Below, piece after piece: positions 49,301-58,703 of a stretch of 64,000 nucleotides of DNA. The position numbers were made by a program, and so were the translations under genes. How positions within the stretch are numbered: position 1 is the stretch's first letter; the number at the start of each line of letters is the position of its first letter. The stretch is taken from the NCBI GenBank assembly GCA_040285745.1, contig JAUFOR010000001.1:1178001-1242000 (forward strand). The letters are read 5' to 3'. This stretch comes from Barthelona sp. PCE. Lineage: Eukaryota. The notes beneath the pieces were generated by a model, which made no database searches, was not told the DNA's origin, and was given only the letters and a program-made list of their open reading frames with translations.

Positions 49301-50561
49301 GCCTTTCAAACTTTGATTCCAACTTCTGTTCAATGATTCTGGAGTACAATTCACTAATCTCAATATCTATAGCGTTACCATAGTTGTTTCTATCACTGTT
49401 GCACTTCAAAATACGGCCAAACCCATTATCTTTGGTCCACTCCACCATCATAAACGTGCCATCATCCAATTCAACATGGAACACTGAGTCAGCATCTTTT
49501 GTGACATTGACAATAACTCCGTTGTGAGGGTCATGTTTCTTAGTTATGCAGTTCTCCTTATATATGTAAGCAATTCTCGATGAAAAAAAACAAAGACAGC
49601 CATTTTCAACCTTTTTGATAAAGTAGTTTTCTTCACAAGTACTGAATGATCCACAACAAAAGAACGAGCCAAGTGGAGTGTTAGCCTTAATTAAATAATC
49701 TTCAACAATATCATACGAAACAGTTGGTCCTGTGCAATGCGATGGAACGGTGGCAACTATTTCGCCTTTAACATCACAAATATACCCAATTCCAGAATTC
49801 GCTACAACTGTGAAGTGCTCTTCAGCTGGCGAAATGTATCCTGCTTCAACTTTTTCAATATCCATATTAATTATTGATCCTTCCCACATGAGAGACCCAC
49901 CATTTGATCGGTTATAAACCATTGTCCAACATGACTCACTAAACATCAGATAATTCGATGAAATGTCTGCTGAAATTGGAACTACATATCTGATATGATT
50001 TGTTTGTAATAAAACATTATTTCCACAATCTCTGGATCTGAGCTTGAATTTCTTTGCTTCTCCAGTGAAATAACTTTCCAAAAAAAACATTTCTCCATCA
50101 CTCTGCTCAACAGCAAAACGACCATCAAACTTCATGGCTGCCTCGCTTGAACCATGAATAAACTTGTGCACATGGTTAACACTCTCTTGAACAAAGATAG
50201 CCTCAGAATTGACCCAGCTATTGCTTCCTTTTGTAAAAGTAACATTCGAGATTAAACTTTGCGAGCTTATGCAATGTACATGGTAGTCATCACCGTCCTT
50301 AAATGCCAGAAATTGTCCGTCAAAACTCAAACAACCATTCTGAACCTCTGAATTGGTAGGTACGGCGTAAATTTCATCCAATGACGGAATACTGAACACG
50401 CGGATGTGACTGGTGTGCACCGTGGCCAACACTCGCTCATCCTTAGATGTCAAAGATACACCGGTGTAAGGTTCATCAGATAATATCACATCTATGATCT
50501 GTTTTTCATCAACCCACTTCACATAAGCACGCCCATCTTCTGTTTTAAGTGCTTTAACCAT
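46347..50561 (-). CDS. Multidomain protein: propeller-like N-terminus, coiled coil, Ser/Thr kinase, degenerate HECT domain, RBR Rcat/IBR-type Zn finger
   Basis: Kinase at about 48400-47690 (FIKC, RRE, LRDLKPQN, DFG, GTVGYMADE, DIFSLG). HECT C-lobe-like MMCGPP...FVYWLNG...LPSVALCDQTLRLP. C-terminal CPNCLTPIEHGGECKSMKCFTCAREFCFSCL. Confidence 0.85.
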   Translation of the reverse strand: MVKALKTEDGRAYVKWVDEKQIIDVILSDEPYTGVSLTSKDERVLATVHTSHIRVFSIPSLDEIYAVPTNSEVQNGCLSFDGQFLAFKDGDDYHVHCISSQSLISNVTFTKGSNSWVNSEAIFVQESVNHVHKFIHGSSEAAMKFDGRFAVEQSDGEMFFLESYFTGEAKKFKLRSRDCGNNVLLQTNHIRYVVPISADISSNYLMFSESCWTMVYNRSNGGSLMWEGSIINMDIEKVEAGYISPAEEHFTVVANSGIGYICDVKGEIVATVPSHCTGPTVSYDIVEDYLIKANTPLGSFFCCGSFSTCEENYFIKKVENGCLCFFSSRIAYIYKENCITKKHDPHNGVIVNVTKDADSVFHVELDDGTFMMVEWTKDNGFGRILKCNSDRNNYGNAIDIEISELYSRIIEQKLESKFERQKSEIEMKLQKQKKDMEDQKYEMDMKLQVTFDILSQLVPNSGNIEYSALTEHVNGCAAAVRQLEMLPDSFFNLMSSNSIVNTLEQHMNELEQAINLINSLKNIILDFELEDTLSITFSSKFSDLVAQFPIAKLLNEYSYAAKLTELQSLDVYFKVFDKYDELHLAEVHSALIHFSDKSKALDDIVEQIKQITQRVKEFREAQNAQDEVDVTIDFNQLYSLQDQLDRHHSDINGYTRAHFVDTKAHLIDVIESNAKQLKDTICEFSLAVNLNSTLVELRLSSIRFPSVPKIISYDNYLNGDLEEIGLQNDTLVRDDLFIKCICVSERFRGDRDMNLKALRRELRVLTKLYPCVVSLKNVVLVPEMKKGSTTVKFVCLELERAPYDLEQFLSAFPDLDISTRNSLAHQLVMAVFMMHASGIILRDLKPQNVLVYCSEDASNPKIKLCDFGVSISNNHTLGSTMVGTVGYMADEVLKGQPHTFLSDIFSLGKTVADIFAQNRIDIANLGLPNNWAHSEIIQRCQAQDPQLRPSIYELSCYEWRANAPVAQDRITLIRRQINQFIVAKQALLRDNGRDGCTMEFEQTTESFDELFVKVFTSTRTFMSCAEHFGASIKMHGMEQLSITQFVDYIFELRSFIHFDTTASEDLIEAVCGFLYCCFVFQSPVDDIQVGQFLLNALSEDYDKLSDAIIFDRVFPTESGYILNMLNHESLNFNFLGDEDKLVTADNIDEFLQNARVVFSEPWLELSKKVNAAFNSHELISQLGVTLTFAEVKAMMCGPPRFTTEQVLATLVFDDSVPTNVRDTLAEILQGFNSLDLLQFVYWLNGSPELNLFTVILQPVDTLLPSVALCDQTLRLPNSVLRVREGIPLAIRGILPNEFKLFIMQRLSQWTQDDVDKLNNRLHNATLITIEFNNIPGVPSVRVCPNCLTPIEHGGECKSMKCFTCAREFCFSCLSPNCGHHGQCNVAPVQNVTLEQVQERMQQFQ

Positions 50562-50989
50562 GTCAGATTAATTATAAATTCCCAGAAAAAGTAAAAAAAT
50601 TTTAACAACTATATAGATAGTTTTCAAATGTTCAACTGATAAGAATATCATTGTGACAGAGCAGATCACAAATAGTATCGCCCAATAATATTCGGAATGT
50701 TGTTCAATCTGAGATGTTATGCAATATCATTGAAAGAAGAATTGTAACGTGAGTGAATACGTGGCTGAAAGGTGCGAAGCAACATTGATGTTTTATCATT
50801 TAACTATGAGTATTCGAGCAGTTAATGATCTTGAACAAATTTTTTTTACAGTGAAGATTTGATGAGTTTAAGATCTATTGCCTCAACATTTGATACAAAA
50901 ATCCCAAATTAAGAGTCCATTATCATAAAATACTGTAGATCCTTTAAAGGAAAATAAAATAAAAAAGCAAATATGTACTAACAACCTGT

Positions 50990-52798
50990 CTAAACATTGA
51001 TTGGTGCCCATTTAAGTAATATATTATCCAAAGAAGCCGTATACAGGTCATCAGGACTTCTACCAAAACAAACATCTGTAATAGCACGTCGATGACCAAT
51101 ACTTTTGAAAGTACTTTCACAAAAACCACTGAGAGTAGGTGGATTATCAAACAAAAATACAAGTTTGCTAAATGCAACTGCAAGGCGTCCCAGAGGACTA
51201 AAGCGACATTTGTGGGGAGTAAAACGTACTATTGAAGAATCTGCAATGTCAAGTTTAACGGTTTTTAGAGGATCACCCATACGTACATCAAAAAGATGCA
51301 AAAATCCATTGCTGTCCACGCTTGCAATTGTCGCTTTCTGAATCGAACTGCGTACATAAGCATCCATAACAGCTCGAGGACCTTGTTTGAATCTACTAAC
51401 AACTAGGTCAGGGTGTCTCAGATCAACAATACTCATTTCACCGGAAGAAGCATTTGATGAGCTGATAGCAAAGCTATTTCTATCAAGAACAGCAATATCA
51501 TCACATTGAAAAGAGGTTGATAAAGGAATAGTACATACACATGATGAACTTCTCATATCCCATACCTTTACGGCTGTGGTTCCCTTGCCTGACGTGGCAA
51601 TCAACACGTCAGTTAGTGATTTAACATGCTTTAATGAAGAATGTGAAGCATTTAAACATATATTGCTGAGTTTAATATTACAATTTGATTCCTCAAATAT
51701 TGTAGGTCTAAACTCTGGCTCTCCCTCGAATAGCACCTGGTGTTCTGTCTTTGGTGGATCTATATGCAATGAATCAGTTATTAGATCCGAATAATCAACC
51801 AATGACAAATTCCCATTGCCCAATCCACATAATATCATTTTGCTTGATTGTGAAACATCAGCACATACAATTGGGGCGGGGAGACGTTGTCTGTGTATAA
51901 AAGCTCCAGTGTCAGGCTGCCAAAAACAAACTGTATGGTCAGCTGATGAAGACACTAACATATCTTGTTGTTTACGATCACCATTAATGAAATTAACACT
52001 CGACACACCATCTACATGAGCTCCATATTCTTTAATTGGTCGCCATAAGTTTTCACTATAAAACATTCGATTTTTCACTTCACCAGCCATTCTTTTGATA
52101 CGATCAACAAATCCACCTGTTTCCGTGTCTATCTCAGCCGTACGGCCTTGATGAAAACATCCATATTGTAAACTATTCATAAAATCATTATATAATGAAG
52201 AACTTTTTTGAAACCCTGATATGATTGAATTTCTTGGTGATATTTGTTGTTGCACACTACTAAGAGATTTCTTCATTGTCATCGGTGGTTGTAAAACAGG
52301 TGTTAGTAAAGGTGAAGTTTTGAAAGGTGTGATTGGTATTGAAACTTTCGGTTGTATTGTTTGTCCTGATATCTGACTTGTTATAGCCTCAATAATGTTT
52401 GGCCGCAGGTCTTTGAACGCGTTTCGGATGGCGCTGTCTATTTTGTCTGTCACAAAATCATATTTTGATGAAGTTTGTGTAGTAGCGTTACATATTTGTA
52501 CTTTTGTGTCATTTGATGTCGTTTCCAAGAAACCCTGTTTGATGAGCTCCTCGTATATGTAACAGAATGCCAGTAAACGATCTCCTGAATCAATTTTTCG
52601 GAAATTCACATTTAAGGCTACTCCAAGAATTTTAAGTTCATCAAACGAAACAGACTGCATGGCTTTGAGAGGCCCCAGTATCCACATTGCGATAAAACTG
52701 CTCCAGCTAATTGGAATATCACGAATCTCATTAATATGTTCAATTAATCGCGTATTTCGTGATGATTTCCTTCTACTATTGCTATTTATCTCGCTCAT
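50990..52798 (-). CDS. WD40-repeat protein (WDR37-like)
   Basis: IKEYGAHVDGV...SSSADHTVCFW, VKVWDMR and GHRRAITDVCF...TASLD. Confidence 0.7.
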   Translation of the reverse strand: MSEINSNSRRKSSRNTRLIEHINEIRDIPISWSSFIAMWILGPLKAMQSVSFDELKILGVALNVNFRKIDSGDRLLAFCYIYEELIKQGFLETTSNDTKVQICNATTQTSSKYDFVTDKIDSAIRNAFKDLRPNIIEAITSQISGQTIQPKVSIPITPFKTSPLLTPVLQPPMTMKKSLSSVQQQISPRNSIISGFQKSSSLYNDFMNSLQYGCFHQGRTAEIDTETGGFVDRIKRMAGEVKNRMFYSENLWRPIKEYGAHVDGVSSVNFINGDRKQQDMLVSSSADHTVCFWQPDTGAFIHRQRLPAPIVCADVSQSSKMILCGLGNGNLSLVDYSDLITDSLHIDPPKTEHQVLFEGEPEFRPTIFEESNCNIKLSNICLNASHSSLKHVKSLTDVLIATSGKGTTAVKVWDMRSSSCVCTIPLSTSFQCDDIAVLDRNSFAISSSNASSGEMSIVDLRHPDLVVSRFKQGPRAVMDAYVRSSIQKATIASVDSNGFLHLFDVRMGDPLKTVKLDIADSSIVRFTPHKCRFSPLGRLAVAFSKLVFLFDNPPTLSGFCESTFKSIGHRRAITDVCFGRSPDDLYTASLDNILLKWAPINV

Positions 52799-52913
52799 AA
52801 CATTAAGAAATTTCTTAAAAATAAAGAAAAGGGTATAAAAATGATAACATTGGAAATATTGGTATCAGTTTATTCACACATTTTTCCATCATAAGATGGA
52901 TAGACATTGGATG

Positions 52914-55900
52914 TTACCAGAAAAGTATGTATAACATAAGTACTATGATTGTAATAAACGTACAGTAAAGTATTCTCTTAATCTTTTGATAAATTTCACC
53001 AATTTTCTTATCTATTCTCCAAGGCGCATAGCTCGTGGGCGGTCTGTCCGGTTCTGGAAGATAAGGATCATCATTGGGAGCTTGTCTACCAAGTCCTACA
53101 GGATTCATAATTGCTTCATCTTGATCCATAATGCACATTTCAATTTCAACCTCTCCTTGAGGCTCAAGGCCTGTGTTGGGGTGCAGGAGAGTGATCCATT
53201 GTCGAGAAACACCTAAACGACTGCGTTGATGACGATACTTTCTTAGAATCTGCTGAAGATCTACAACGGCTTCAGCTATTGATTCATTACGACTTAGCAT
53301 ATCGCGATCCCACAGCTGTAGACGCAGACGGCAGTGTTTTGTAGGAACAGGAACGTTATTGAATACGTATCTCCAGTTAAAAAAACCTTTGCCATCAAGC
53401 GACCGCCAATTAGTGTCAGAGTTCTGCCTGGACACATGGTCCTGTCCCATTAGATCAGCACTTATAATAATATCACTGTGATCCTTTTCTTTGAAGACTA
53501 CATTCCTTGTATTCCACACAACAACACGAACTTCCGTTAAAATTGGCTTAGGAGGCGTGAGGTCAAGCGGTAGGGGTTCAGTACCAGCTTCAAAGATTTC
53601 AAACCAAAGATCAATGGTTCCTTGTTGGAATAAAGAAAGTGGAGACCATAAAGTACGACGCTGTAATGGTTTACGATCAATGTCACACCATTCCTTCGAC
53701 AACCAACGTTGCTCCGTATCAATGAGTGTACCACCTACCAACTTATCATGGATCAAGCCTATCTTCCATATTGCTATACAAACAATAGGTGAATCAGGTA
53801 GATTAACAGGAATATCAACAACTAATTCTTTGATTTCTTGAACGGGGTCACTCTTATATAAAAATTGTTTCTCAAAAAGATTTGAACCTAGAGATAATGT
53901 TACATAAAATTCTGTATTAGAAACATCATCATAATTTAAATCAGTTTTTGTAAGATATATTCTTGTCACCAATTTGCGTTTGCAAAAATCACAAGATATT
54001 TGACTTAATAACGTATCTACATCAGTTAAAGAAGTTGTACTTAATTGAAGATTAAATTTAATCATTCCTTGAGATGTTTTGGGCATTTCTTTAAAAATAT
54101 CTTTAAACTTTTGCCAAAATCCTTTTCTATTAGATGAATCATTCCAAAAATCAACAAAATCATAAGGATTTTCATTTAAAAAATCTTCAATTTCACTTGG
54201 TAACTTAACTCTTGATAATGGATCATCTGGATTGTCTACGGGAGGGAAATCCTTAAAGTGTTGTGGTAAACAACTACCTTGGACTAATGGTTCATCCCCA
54301 ATTTCACCTTTAAGTTCCACTGTCTCACCAACTCGTACATTTGTATCATCTTCAGTAAAGAGAAAAAATGGATCACGACGCATACCGTCTGCTTCTCCTT
54401 CTTCATCGAGCTCTACCTCAGTTCGGTTAGCTTCTACTACTTCTGGACATCGACTGTTTATGTCAATATGAGCAAAACCACAAAAAACTTTTTTGCTTGA
54501 CTTCGTGTAATATACCCTCACCAACATATCAGCGCAAAGAGACGCGTCAACCGGGAGATGGACAGTGTCAACCATAGCATCACTGATAACAGCAGCGTTA
54601 GCACTTGATACTGTCAGTGTATTACTGTTGTATTCGGTCTTGGACAAACTAAGGTAACCATCTGAGTCAAAGTGGGGCATGGAGCAATCAAAGCTTACCT
54701 GTTTGTATGGTTTAACTAGATCTTGGATAGCAGCAAGAGCAAATTCAAAATGTAAAGGTCTAACTTCAATGGGTGGCATTTTGAAGTTCATTTTTTCACT
54801 ATCACTCACCTCAAGATACAACAACACGCGGCCACAAGGCTTCTTATTGACACCTTGAACCAATTGTGCCCACCTATAACCAGGAGTCTGTGCAATATCA
54901 GCATACATAAAGTCAGCGTAACCACCGATACTGATATTCTTTCTATCGTGTTGGTTTAGCTTGATTTGCACCGCAGGGACAAGTTCATCGTCAACCGGAA
55001 CACTGGTGACGAAAGAAAAAGATTGATTAAAAGAAGGCGCTAGATCATCAATGATTTCTGTCTCAAAACGACCTCCTCCCAATGCAACAGACACAGAAGT
55101 GTTCGAGTTGCCATGTTCGTCCATAGGGAGGAGCTTTTCAGCGTATACAATACCACCGTGCACATACACAGAACGATCGGCTGGCATATCAGGTGCACTG
55201 TAGTATTCCGGGCGCTTGCATTCATTATACGCCTTGAGGGCACACAAGAGCATAGGCGGATCTGTGAATTCGTGTGAAAGAGAAGAAGTTGGATCAGGTA
55301 AAATTTCACGCCATTGAGGTACATATTCGTTACTGAAATCAGAAACACGGATGAAACCAAAACGGTTATCACCAACATATACACTGATGATAGCGTCAGG
55401 TAATTGAGTTATATCATCAGGCATAATAGTCTCCACTGCATCATATACTGGATCGGTACCTAAATAAAACGATCCATTAGTACCTGATGTGGCACGTGTT
55501 TCCCTTTTTTCTGGTCCCCACTCCAACACTAGACGTATTTTATCATATTGGATGGGAAAACCTGTTGCATTAGACACATGCCAATGTAATTCCCATTTCG
55601 ATAGTTCAGGTTTCGCAATCCCTGATACATGTTCAGTTACAGCCTTAAACTCTGGCAAAGATGCTGTGGGTAGAAACGGCATTGTTTCAAATCCAAGAAG
55701 TACCATACCAGCCCAATTAGTGGAAGATTGATGGGAATAAGTAGCACGTTCACCTGCTATCCAATCAAATAAGCCAACGCCTGAGCTTCGGTACAAATGG
55801 TACCAACGGGGTGCTATACCTTCTGACATCTGAATATCATTAAAAGAAAAATGCAATGAAGATATTTGTTCATTAATTTGTTTAACTAACATGTTATCAC

Positions 55901-56762
55901 GATCATAGACATCTATAAAGACATCGTCACTGAGTGTTGGAAGAAGACACGGGATTTTTAAAGTTGTGTTCCAAGAAGGGTTATAAGTATTGTCTACAGG
56001 TTCTGTGCTCAGAGATGCTCCACCAAAGGAAGCCTTAACGAGCCCATCACATGTACCGAACGTATCCATCTTGGGTAATCCACGGGCTTCTAGACAGTGC
56101 ACTACAAGATAAACTTGTTCTGGGTGAATTTGAGGAGGAAGGACAAGTTGAGAAGAAAGACTCCCTTTAAAGTCCTTCATAACAATCGTTTCCAACTCAT
56201 TAAACGCCTTAGATTTCTCCTCTCCTGGTTTCAGCACAAATGATGCACATCTTATGAATCCTTGTGATGAACCACAAACATCAGCATTAGAAAGACAATA
56301 CCATGTAGGTGGTACAGTCATTTCATTCCAATTACGAATGACGTCGGGGTCAATAGACAGCTTTCCAATGAGGGCATCAGTCCATAACATGTTAGAATCA
56401 TATACAGCAATTTCAATGCGAGTAGTATTAAATTCTTCTTCACTGAGCTCTAGTTCAAAGAAGAACTGCTCGTCGAAGATTGCATTGAGGCAGTTTCGTG
56501 CCACAGATGTGGATCTAGTCTCTTTCATACTGTCATTAATGATAGATATCTCAACGACAGGATCCGACATTCCATTACGTTGTTTTCCAACGAGGTTGCG
56601 CACCTCGATGACATGGATGCCAAATTGATACGAGTTCTGTGCTACACCATCGATGTCGAGTTTACGAAGTGTACGGAAGGGAATCGCTTCATCACCTTCC
56701 TCCTCCTCGGGCGGAGATACGAACTTAACGCCGCAGAGATCAAGAACTTCCTGTTCTGCCAT
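52914..56762 (-). CDS. Ferlin (multiple C2 domains plus C-terminal TM anchor)
   Basis: C2 domains (SDPVVEI...FDEQFFF; LPKMD...NPSWN...YDRD; RVVVWNT...FNWRYVF...WDRD). Ferlin tail PVGLGRQAPNDDPYLPEPDRP followed by a TM helix. Confidence 0.9.
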   Translation of the reverse strand: MAEQEVLDLCGVKFVSPPEEEEGDEAIPFRTLRKLDIDGVAQNSYQFGIHVIEVRNLVGKQRNGMSDPVVEISIINDSMKETRSTSVARNCLNAIFDEQFFFELELSEEEFNTTRIEIAVYDSNMLWTDALIGKLSIDPDVIRNWNEMTVPPTWYCLSNADVCGSSQGFIRCASFVLKPGEEKSKAFNELETIVMKDFKGSLSSQLVLPPQIHPEQVYLVVHCLEARGLPKMDTFGTCDGLVKASFGGASLSTEPVDNTYNPSWNTTLKIPCLLPTLSDDVFIDVYDRDNMLVKQINEQISSLHFSFNDIQMSEGIAPRWYHLYRSSGVGLFDWIAGERATYSHQSSTNWAGMVLLGFETMPFLPTASLPEFKAVTEHVSGIAKPELSKWELHWHVSNATGFPIQYDKIRLVLEWGPEKRETRATSGTNGSFYLGTDPVYDAVETIMPDDITQLPDAIISVYVGDNRFGFIRVSDFSNEYVPQWREILPDPTSSLSHEFTDPPMLLCALKAYNECKRPEYYSAPDMPADRSVYVHGGIVYAEKLLPMDEHGNSNTSVSVALGGGRFETEIIDDLAPSFNQSFSFVTSVPVDDELVPAVQIKLNQHDRKNISIGGYADFMYADIAQTPGYRWAQLVQGVNKKPCGRVLLYLEVSDSEKMNFKMPPIEVRPLHFEFALAAIQDLVKPYKQVSFDCSMPHFDSDGYLSLSKTEYNSNTLTVSSANAAVISDAMVDTVHLPVDASLCADMLVRVYYTKSSKKVFCGFAHIDINSRCPEVVEANRTEVELDEEGEADGMRRDPFFLFTEDDTNVRVGETVELKGEIGDEPLVQGSCLPQHFKDFPPVDNPDDPLSRVKLPSEIEDFLNENPYDFVDFWNDSSNRKGFWQKFKDIFKEMPKTSQGMIKFNLQLSTTSLTDVDTLLSQISCDFCKRKLVTRIYLTKTDLNYDDVSNTEFYVTLSLGSNLFEKQFLYKSDPVQEIKELVVDIPVNLPDSPIVCIAIWKIGLIHDKLVGGTLIDTEQRWLSKEWCDIDRKPLQRRTLWSPLSLFQQGTIDLWFEIFEAGTEPLPLDLTPPKPILTEVRVVVWNTRNVVFKEKDHSDIIISADLMGQDHVSRQNSDTNWRSLDGKGFFNWRYVFNNVPVPTKHCRLRLQLWDRDMLSRNESIAEAVVDLQQILRKYRHQRSRLGVSRQWITLLHPNTGLEPQGEVEIEMCIMDQDEAIMNPVGLGRQAPNDDPYLPEPDRPPTSYAPWRIDKKIGEIYQKIKRILYCTFITIIVLMLYILFW

Positions 56763-56938
56763 GGAAAAGGTAGTAAAAAATTATACAGGTTAGGATAGCT
56801 AACACACTATTTGTGTTGTCAATCGCCTGAAATATGGATAAATACTGCGTGATTCATCCTAAAAATCATATAAGAAATGTATACAAAAAGAAACGCTTGT
56901 TTCACAATTTCTTCCTTTTCAAGTTGTATTTTAGAACA

Positions 56939-58675
56939 ATGAGTCGTTTTGCAAGAAAGGCAGCAGGAGCACAGGAGGTAGAGTCCTATTTAAGCGATGA
57001 TCTCACGAAGCGTATTTTTTTCTCGAAGAAATGTTGAAGAATCAACATTTTGGGCATGTAATAACGTGCGAGCTCACTTTTAGTGTTACTGGAGGATATT
57101 TTTGCCAAGTGCAAATTTCCCAAGTATAATGTACTACTTCTCGATGAAGTTTCCGATTCTATCGTAAGTTCTGTTCTGGGGCCTGAGGATTTCGCAACCC
57201 ATCGGATTTCTATGGTTGAGCGTTTACGTTCCAAAGAAGAACGTGCACCTTTTCCTTCTCAACACGCTATTTACATTCTTACTCCTACAAAGAACAATGT
57301 AGACCTTCTTATGGAGGATTTTGCCAGCGCAGAGTCACCAATGTACGCTTTTGCCCATGTATTTTGGTTATCACGTTTACCAGAAGGTTTATTCCAAGAG
57401 ATTCGAGCACATCCTGTCTTTTTATCTCGTTGTCGAACATTCACAGAGTCAAACTTTGAGGTTAAACCTAAGTTTAATAACGTTTTTACAACTACACCAA
57501 CATATTCTATGAAAGATTTTTATGAAAATCCAGCACTTTCAGATAAAGAATTTACCATGGCCAGACAAATTGCCTCTCTTTTCGGTAAGCTAGGCGATTG
57601 TCCTACTGTCTTTGCTTCAGAGAAAGCTGTGCGTTTCAGCAAATCAGTTCAGAATTACTTAACTGAAATGGACTTACCAAGTTATAGTGCCAGGAGTGGA
57701 TTATGCACCAGCCTTATCGTGTTGGAGCGTGGTTATGATTTAGCTGCTGCTGTACAACATAGTTTCTCTTTTTACGGTTTATTATCTGATTCCACCGACT
57801 TAAATCTTTTTAATGGTGCTGTCTCTGTTCCTAACATCGATAACGAGTCAAAGTCATCAATCACTAACTTGTATGCTAGTAAGCCATTTAGATCTGTTGC
57901 TCATCTTAACATCGATTCAGTAGGTCAACAATTAAAAGCATTTCTTCCTGCTAGTACTACAAAAGGACGTTCAAGCGCCAGATCACCCGGTGCCCTCGCC
58001 AATGCAATTTCTTCATTGGGCGCCAATGATTCTAAGGTAAGAGAAATGTACGGTTTGTTCACTTTATTGGCTCGAGTACGTGATTCAATTGCAACGGAGT
58101 CCGAATTAGCTAAGCTTATTCAAATTGAAGAGGGTATTGCTCAAGGCCGTTATCAAACAGTTGAGAAAGTCCTTGATGATGCTTTATCAGTTTTGAATCA
58201 ATGTCCTACTGAAGCTCATATTCGTTTTATTTTATATTTATCAAATTATTTTGATTTAGATAGATCAACAATTACTGAAATTTCTTCTGCACTTGGTTTT
58301 AGAGGGGATTTGGTATCATCAATTGATAGTTTCAAAAAACTTAATAACAGGCCTACACCAACTCCTCCGAATAACAATAGAAGACGCCCCACACGTGGTA
58401 CTACGTCAATGCTTTCTGCTCAGATTATATCTAAACTCGCTCAAGGTCAGAACGTTGATTTATATCAGGTCTATAGACCAAAGAATAGTGAAACGAGGAG
58501 ATCAGGAAAACCTACCATTGTTCTTTATGTGTTAGGAGGAATTTCACCTCATGAAGTTGCAGCAATTCAAGCATTGAATTTCCCCCGTGCTAATGTAGTT
58601 GTTGGTTCATCATCAATTATTGGATCTGATCAAATGATTGAAGATATTTTAAGCACTTCAGCAGCTTACTTTTAA
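56939..58675 (+). CDS. Sec1/Munc18-family protein, 2 exons: 56939-57011, 57084-58675
   Basis: VLLLD, ISMVE....RAPFPSQHAIYILTPT, Y..AHVF, LIVLERGYD...QHSFSF and VLYVLGGISPHE...VGSS. Confidence 0.88.
57012..57083 (+). other. Spliceosomal intron in the Sec1-family gene (72 nt, phase 1)
   Basis: GTATTT...GCTCACTTTTAG joins AAG C|TG TTA and supplies the ATG that the long ORF lacks. Confidence 0.8.
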
Positions 58676-58703
58676 TAAATAAACAAAACAGGTACTATTT
58701 ACA

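Noticed and set aside
46005-50940. TACTGTA direct repeat on both sides of the kinase-HECT-Rcat gene as a target-site duplication
   Set aside because: A 7-nt AT-rich match is expected by chance; no terminal repeats or transposase were seen.
56834-57037. 67-aa ORF as a separate gene
   Set aside because: Its 3' part is exon 1 of the Sec1-family gene reading into the intron.
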